Positions 61,101-64,000 of a DNA stretch of 64,000 bases are shown here, in pieces (positions within the stretch are counted from its first letter, which is position 1; the number at the start of each line of letters is the position of its first letter). Position numbers and translations under genes: made by a program. The notes beneath the pieces are model-generated. The model was not told the origin of the DNA, made no database searches, and worked only from the letters and a program-made list of their open reading frames with translations. This DNA comes from Botryllus schlosseri. Lineage: Eukaryota. The stretch covers positions 20,710,001 to 20,774,000 of the forward strand of contig CM119371.1 in NCBI GenBank assembly GCA_051294905.1, read 5' to 3'.

Positions 61101-63483
61101 CTCTAAATGTCACTCTCCACCACCATATACTTGCAAAAAACGGTTTCATACTTTACATTTTTGCTTCAGTTCAAATTTGAAAGTTCACCGGTCCGCCAGA
61201 CATTTTTTGAAATTTTACCGGTCCGCGAGGTGAAAAAGGTTGAGAACCACTGATTTACACACTTATGACATCATTCAACAACTTAATAGTGGCATTTATT
61301 TTAAACTCTGTTTAAACATACAACAGAAATAAGCCCGCTGCAATTAGATATGTCTCCTTAATTGGATGAGGAATTTGACTTCCATCTGCTCAAACACACA
61401 TATTTGTTACAATTGTAGAGGACTGGCGTTTACAAATTGTTCGCCCAACCTCTGAAAGAAGCAGGGCTACCCTCTCGAAATATAGTAACCCAGCACTTTT
61501 CCGTGTCAAATTGTACGAAGGTTCATCTTCCTTAAAAAAAGTAGATAAGTCATCCAAGCAATGAGAAGTCTAACACCATGCAAGTAAGCAGCACCGTAAC
61601 TGCCGCACCCCAAACCCCCCAATTGGGGGGGGGCGAGCTCGATGGGGGCCCGAAATTATTTCGTGAATTAGCATAAATCATGGAGTATTTCTTAAAAATT
61701 TATGCAATTTTTTCAAAATTTTCTCGCGCTGCGCGCGAATTCCAGTTGCCATTTATCTTTATTCTTAGGTATTGGGCCATTACCACGCCACGACCCACCA
61801 AGACATACAATCAAGTTTTAAGCCATATAACATGAGACTCCAAGAAGTGTGCCAGAACGATCGGCAGCGAGAAAACCTTTGCCGAAAATGACTATGCCGT
61901 TATGCTGACCGAAGACTTCGTTATATATACAAAATACATATAGATTTAATTGTCCATAGGCGCCTAAATGACTGGCGCCGAATGTTCCCGTCTTGGCAAT
62001 CTGAACCTTACAAGACAAATACCATCCCGCTGAGAAAAATTTTACGCCAGTGAAGAAATACCAATTTGAAATCGTGTGCGTCTTTCAGTTTAGTACGTTC
62101 ATGCGATTCTATATTTTTTGATTTAGCGGACTGGAAGTCACGAAATAACATAATGTGACGAAGTCATATCAACGGGTCCGCCCGCCCGAAGATGTTTAAT
62201 TATTATTTACGGACCCTCCCGTCTTCAAGACACTTCACTCATCTCTACCGGTAAATCTAATTGCGTGAGTAGAGAGGACAAGAAAGTGATAGCAATATAT
62301 ATGCAATTGCCGATCTGATTGACCGATTTTATTATAAATTACCGAAAATTTTCGCGCTTCGCGCTGGCTCACTATACAGTACAGCTGATTGCGTGACAAA
62401 CGCGAACAACGTGATTAGGGGGGGGGGGCGTTTTACCATCCTATGGGAGCCCAAGACCCAAGTTTTTCGGTTCTCTGACGAGGTGCTGCTTCGTTCCTGC
62501 CAACGGGTATACTCCCAAAGATGTTTAATTATTATTGAGTGGTCCTACCTTTTGGAACACACGTCACTCAGCTCTACCGGCAAATCTGATTACGTGAGCA
62601 GAGAGAAGATAAAAATTGATAACAATATATATGCAATTCCCGATCATACTGACCGATTCAATCATGAATTCTAGAAAATTTTCGCGCTTCGCGCGCTTAG
62701 GCGATAAAAGTTGATTCACTAAACAACCCCCAATGTAGATGATAAGTAACCATAAAAAGGGTAAAGCCTGAGGGGGGTCTGGGGGGCGAAGCCCGCCAGA
62801 AGTTAGGTTTATCACCCTATGGGGGGCCCAAGACCAACGTTTTGGGGGGGGGCTGACGAAGTGCTGTTACGGCCCTGCAAGTAAGTATGTCTAAAAGTCG
62901 GGTTTTCGACGAATCAAAACGAGTGTTTCTAGTAGGTAAAAAACGCATCAAAAACCCAAGAGTCTGGCTATAAGCATAGCGGAATGATTCAATTCGAACA
63001 CAAAACCAACGTCGATAAAGCATAAATATATTCAGTCGGGTAATTGATCAGTTTTCGGCTGATATCTAGCCTGATTTTGGACAAGATTGTTTTCATATTA
63101 ATCCTGTATTTTCAAGTAAATTATTTAATGCAAAATAAACAGCTGTGATGTTACGAAATAGGAAAAAAAGCAATTCATTGCAATCACATGCAAGTTTGTT
63201 ATCATTATAGTCGACTGCTTTCACAGATCTATATCTATATAAATAAATTAATTATTCTGCTTACAACAATTATCTCCTTTTAGATATTAAAAAGGAATTT
63301 CTAGTATCTGTTGATGCATTTCTGAGTGCAACGATTAGTCCTCTCGATCGATTGAAGCCAAAGTTCACGAATGACCGCCATCCGATTAGGATACGTGATT
63401 TATATAAACTGATGATACTATGTGACAATAAATTCGAGAACTCCATGGCGGATGGACGTATTGAAGAAAAAGACATTAAAGAC
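34082..63483 (+). CDS. Atlastin-like large GTPase (GB1/RHD3-type, GBP/atlastin family), multi-exon, 3' end beyond window
   Basis: Seven phase-compatible GT-AG exons (34082-34126, 37326-37523, 43807-43947, 44451-44606, 58672-58722, 58794-59010, 63284-63483) give G1 GPAREGKS, G2 VTAGI, G3 DTEG, G4 FLVRD and LPRPG in atlastin order. Confidence 0.88.
34914..35780 (-). mobile_element. Truncated inverted copy of the 27320-29215 composite element
   Basis: Starts CAGGGAAGTGGAGTCGG with GACTCC arrays; reverse complement of ~28360-29215, including the nested Charlie terminus at 35715. Confidence 0.7.
37326..37523 (+). CDS. Atlastin-like gene exon with P-loop (G1)
   Basis: TTTTCAG| … |GTATCT; IYEAGLTQ…VRDKPFSIISICGPAREGKSFMMNLILRYFEKKQ (atlastin consensus [21 protein letters not shown]). 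Confidence 0.92.
40204..41165. mobile_element. TA-flanked non-autonomous TIR element (possibly Tc1/mariner superfamily)
   Basis: Perfect 25-bp TIR GGGGAGATGTGGTACCGATGGATCA / TGATCCATCGGTACCACATCTCCCC; TA on both sides; internal TATCATCGGTCCCCACCC repeats; superfamily uncertain. Confidence 0.85.
41562..43125. mobile_element. Composite hAT (Charlie/Buster-type) element
   Basis: TIRs CAGTGGTTCCCA / TGGGAACCGCTG; perfect TSD CTGTAGGC; internal second TIR-like end at 42216. Confidence 0.88.
43140..43757 (-). pseudogene. Buster/SPIN-like hAT transposase remnant with one terminus
   Basis: Minus strand …FQLELLDVQSDIELKQLIESDDLLKFWNQVPERKYPKL; terminus GGCCGCATGCGGCTCTC…GTTGGGAATCACTC. Confidence 0.65.
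43807..43947 (+). CDS. Atlastin-like gene exon with switch I (G2)
   Basis: TTCTCACCAG| … |GTAGGT; WEKHNKKTSKDSKFRLTAFKVGPGDDSVTAGIVLYNHIFEVMWNGKP (cf. atlastin [24 protein letters not shown]…DGKK); phase 0/0. Confidence 0.85.
44451..44606 (+). CDS. Atlastin-like gene exon with G3 motif
   Basis: CATTTAG| … |GTAAGT; MAVILMDTEGIFQHSLSKRDEAFLMTVTTLMSSVQIFNVMRRVDPTAFDALD. Confidence 0.92.
44697..47573 (-). mobile_element. GACTCGAGTC-repeat hAT MITE (CAGTGTTGGGAT family) with nested 45243-47291
   Basis: TIRs CAGTGTTGGGAT / ATCCCAACACTG; opposite orientation to 56034-56989; TSD not preserved. Confidence 0.8.
45243..47291 (+). mobile_element. Internally deleted hAT (Ac/ZBED-like) element with dimerization-domain remnant
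   Basis: TIRs CAGGGTTGTAA / TTACAACCCTG; perfect TSD ACGTAAGC; 45753-45980 encodes LHFWATRKNEYSMLFSVVQKCLSIPASSALVERVFSRCG…LLSTLVFLRCN (hATC domain). Confidence 0.92.
47926..48703 (+). mobile_element. GACTCGAGTC-repeat hAT MITE
   Basis: TIRs CAGTGTTGGGAT / ATCCCCAACACTG; TSD TAGAGAGG / CAGAGAGG. Confidence 0.9.
49356..49654 (+). mobile_element. Short hAT (Charlie-type) MITE
   Basis: TIRs CAGTGGTTCTCCAAC / GTTTGAGAACCGCTG; TSD GTTTAGCA / ATTTAGCA; related to 30116-30431. Confidence 0.85.
52632..54364 (-). mobile_element. Decayed piggyBac element
   Basis: TTAA on both sides (52628-52631, 54365-54368); TIR CACTAGAAC / GTTCTAGTG; subterminal TTTTTGACGCAT inverted repeats; minus-strand transposase-like remnants (LSID…GVKCQMVDASATKYLYQGVSYLG; YNETKPGG). 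Confidence 0.85.
54985..55806. mobile_element. hAT MITE with TTTTGAC subterminal repeats
   Basis: TIRs TAGGGCGGTTTTTTTTT / AAAAAAAAACCGCCCTA; perfect TSD GTTATTAC. Confidence 0.92.
56034..56989 (+). mobile_element. Complete GACTCGAGTC-repeat hAT MITE
   Basis: TIRs CAATGTTGGGAT / ATCCCAACACTG; perfect TSD ATATGAGG. Confidence 0.93.
57010..57780 (+). pseudogene. Highly decayed LINE (CR1-like) ORF2 3' remnant
   Basis: Frameshifted pieces GDVAVY…DIDRL and RGICSKKLVSK…SVINVMEK…GQFLNKLY resemble CR1 ADD-x-x-x-Y and RGH-x-x-KL…RVINxWN…FKxxLD motifs; weak. Confidence 0.35.
58672..58722 (+). CDS. Atlastin-like gene 51-bp exon
   Basis: CATTCAG| … |GTAAGA; NAIRYGKLSAGEGRYLK (cf. atlastin LFTEYGRLAMEE…); phase 0/0. 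Confidence 0.8.
58794..59010 (+). CDS. Atlastin-like gene exon with G4 (VRD) motif
   Basis: CTTCAG| (alternative in-frame acceptor 6 nt upstream) … G|GTAAGA; DLIFLVRDKK…IFSHVDLYCLPRPGDKVAEQEEDQHELEES; ends phase 1. Confidence 0.9.
59885..61252. mobile_element. Non-autonomous hAT (Charlie/Buster-type) element
   Basis: Perfect 15-bp TIRs CAGTGGTTCTCAACC / GGTTGAGAACCACTG; perfect TSD ATTTACAC; CCGGTCCGC subterminal motifs. Confidence 0.93.
61589..62877 (+). mobile_element. Complete non-autonomous hAT element (CAGGGCCGTAAC family)
   Basis: TIRs CAGCACCGTAAC / GTTACGGCCCTG; perfect TSD CAAGTAAG; internal ~330-bp tandem duplication. Confidence 0.93.
63284..63483 (+). CDS. Atlastin-like gene exon (end of GTPase domain)
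   Basis: CTCCTTTTAG| … |GTAAGA; phase 1 start completes GAT; DIKKEFLVSVDAFLSATISPLDRLKPKFTNDRHPIRIRDLYKLMILCDNKFENSMADGRIEEKDIKD (cf. atlastin IDDEF…[22 protein letters not shown]). Confidence 0.85.
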
Positions 63484-64000
63484 GTAAGAAAAATATGCTC
63501 TTGCTATTTTAGTACTTAATGACTTCGCTTCTGCCGAATTGTAGCACGGCCTAATTCAGTGGTTCCCAACTTGGGGTCGACGAAACCACTAAATTTGCAA
63601 CGTGATCAATAATCAATTTGGTATTTTACCATCTCTAGGGTAGAAAATTATGATGTTTTGATCTATATGATATGAAACAGTTTGGCTGGAACTGAAACGT
63701 GAGCACCAACATCAGTAAAACCCCGTTTGTGATAAAATATACTGCTAGACAAGCTCATTTTAATTGCATGTAATCTATTAAACTATTAGAGCATAATATC
63801 CCGCCAGGTGAGATCACAGATTTGAATGGAAGCTGTCAGCTGTAACAATATCATACGGCGAATGTAGTCAGAACGCCGGTAAATTTTAAAATGAAACAAA
63901 ATTACGACATATCGCATCTAAACTGCTAAAACGACGCTGCTAAATACTATTGAGTGGATGTTATACTTGAGATAATATTACAGGGGGAAGACCGAGTGGC

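Noticed and set aside
61419..61583. Candidate exon (TTGTAG|AG…CAA|GTAAG) whose donor would be duplicated by the CAAGTAAG TSD
   Set aside because: In the phase required by the preceding exon it hits a TGA and shows no atlastin similarity; exon 63284-63483 joins 59010 directly and gives the expected sequence.

Overview
AT-rich eukaryotic (metazoan, plausibly a marine invertebrate such as a tunicate; this is inference) genomic DNA dominated by nested transposable elements. One host gene is supported: a + strand, multi-exon, divergent atlastin-like (GB1/RHD3, GBP/atlastin family) GTPase. Seven phase-compatible coding exons lie between 34082 and 63483, and the gene continues beyond the window. A full-length Ty3/Gypsy LTR retrotransposon (minus strand, 11798-17828; 256-bp LTRs, 5-bp TSD, tRNA-Leu PBS, PPT) has a single gag-pol frame broken only by a 1193-bp hAT MITE and one in-frame stop. 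A Penelope-like GIY-YIG fragment is nested in a hAT MITE. It and a homologous orphan segment at ~33.5 kb each carry a minimal type I hammerhead ribozyme motif, one canonical and one with a compensatory U3-A8 core. The rest is more than 20 non-autonomous hAT elements (many with intact 8-bp TSDs), a decayed piggyBac, a TA-flanked TIR element, LINE remnants and possible tRNA-derived SINEs. All calls are by manual reading; no database searches were run.
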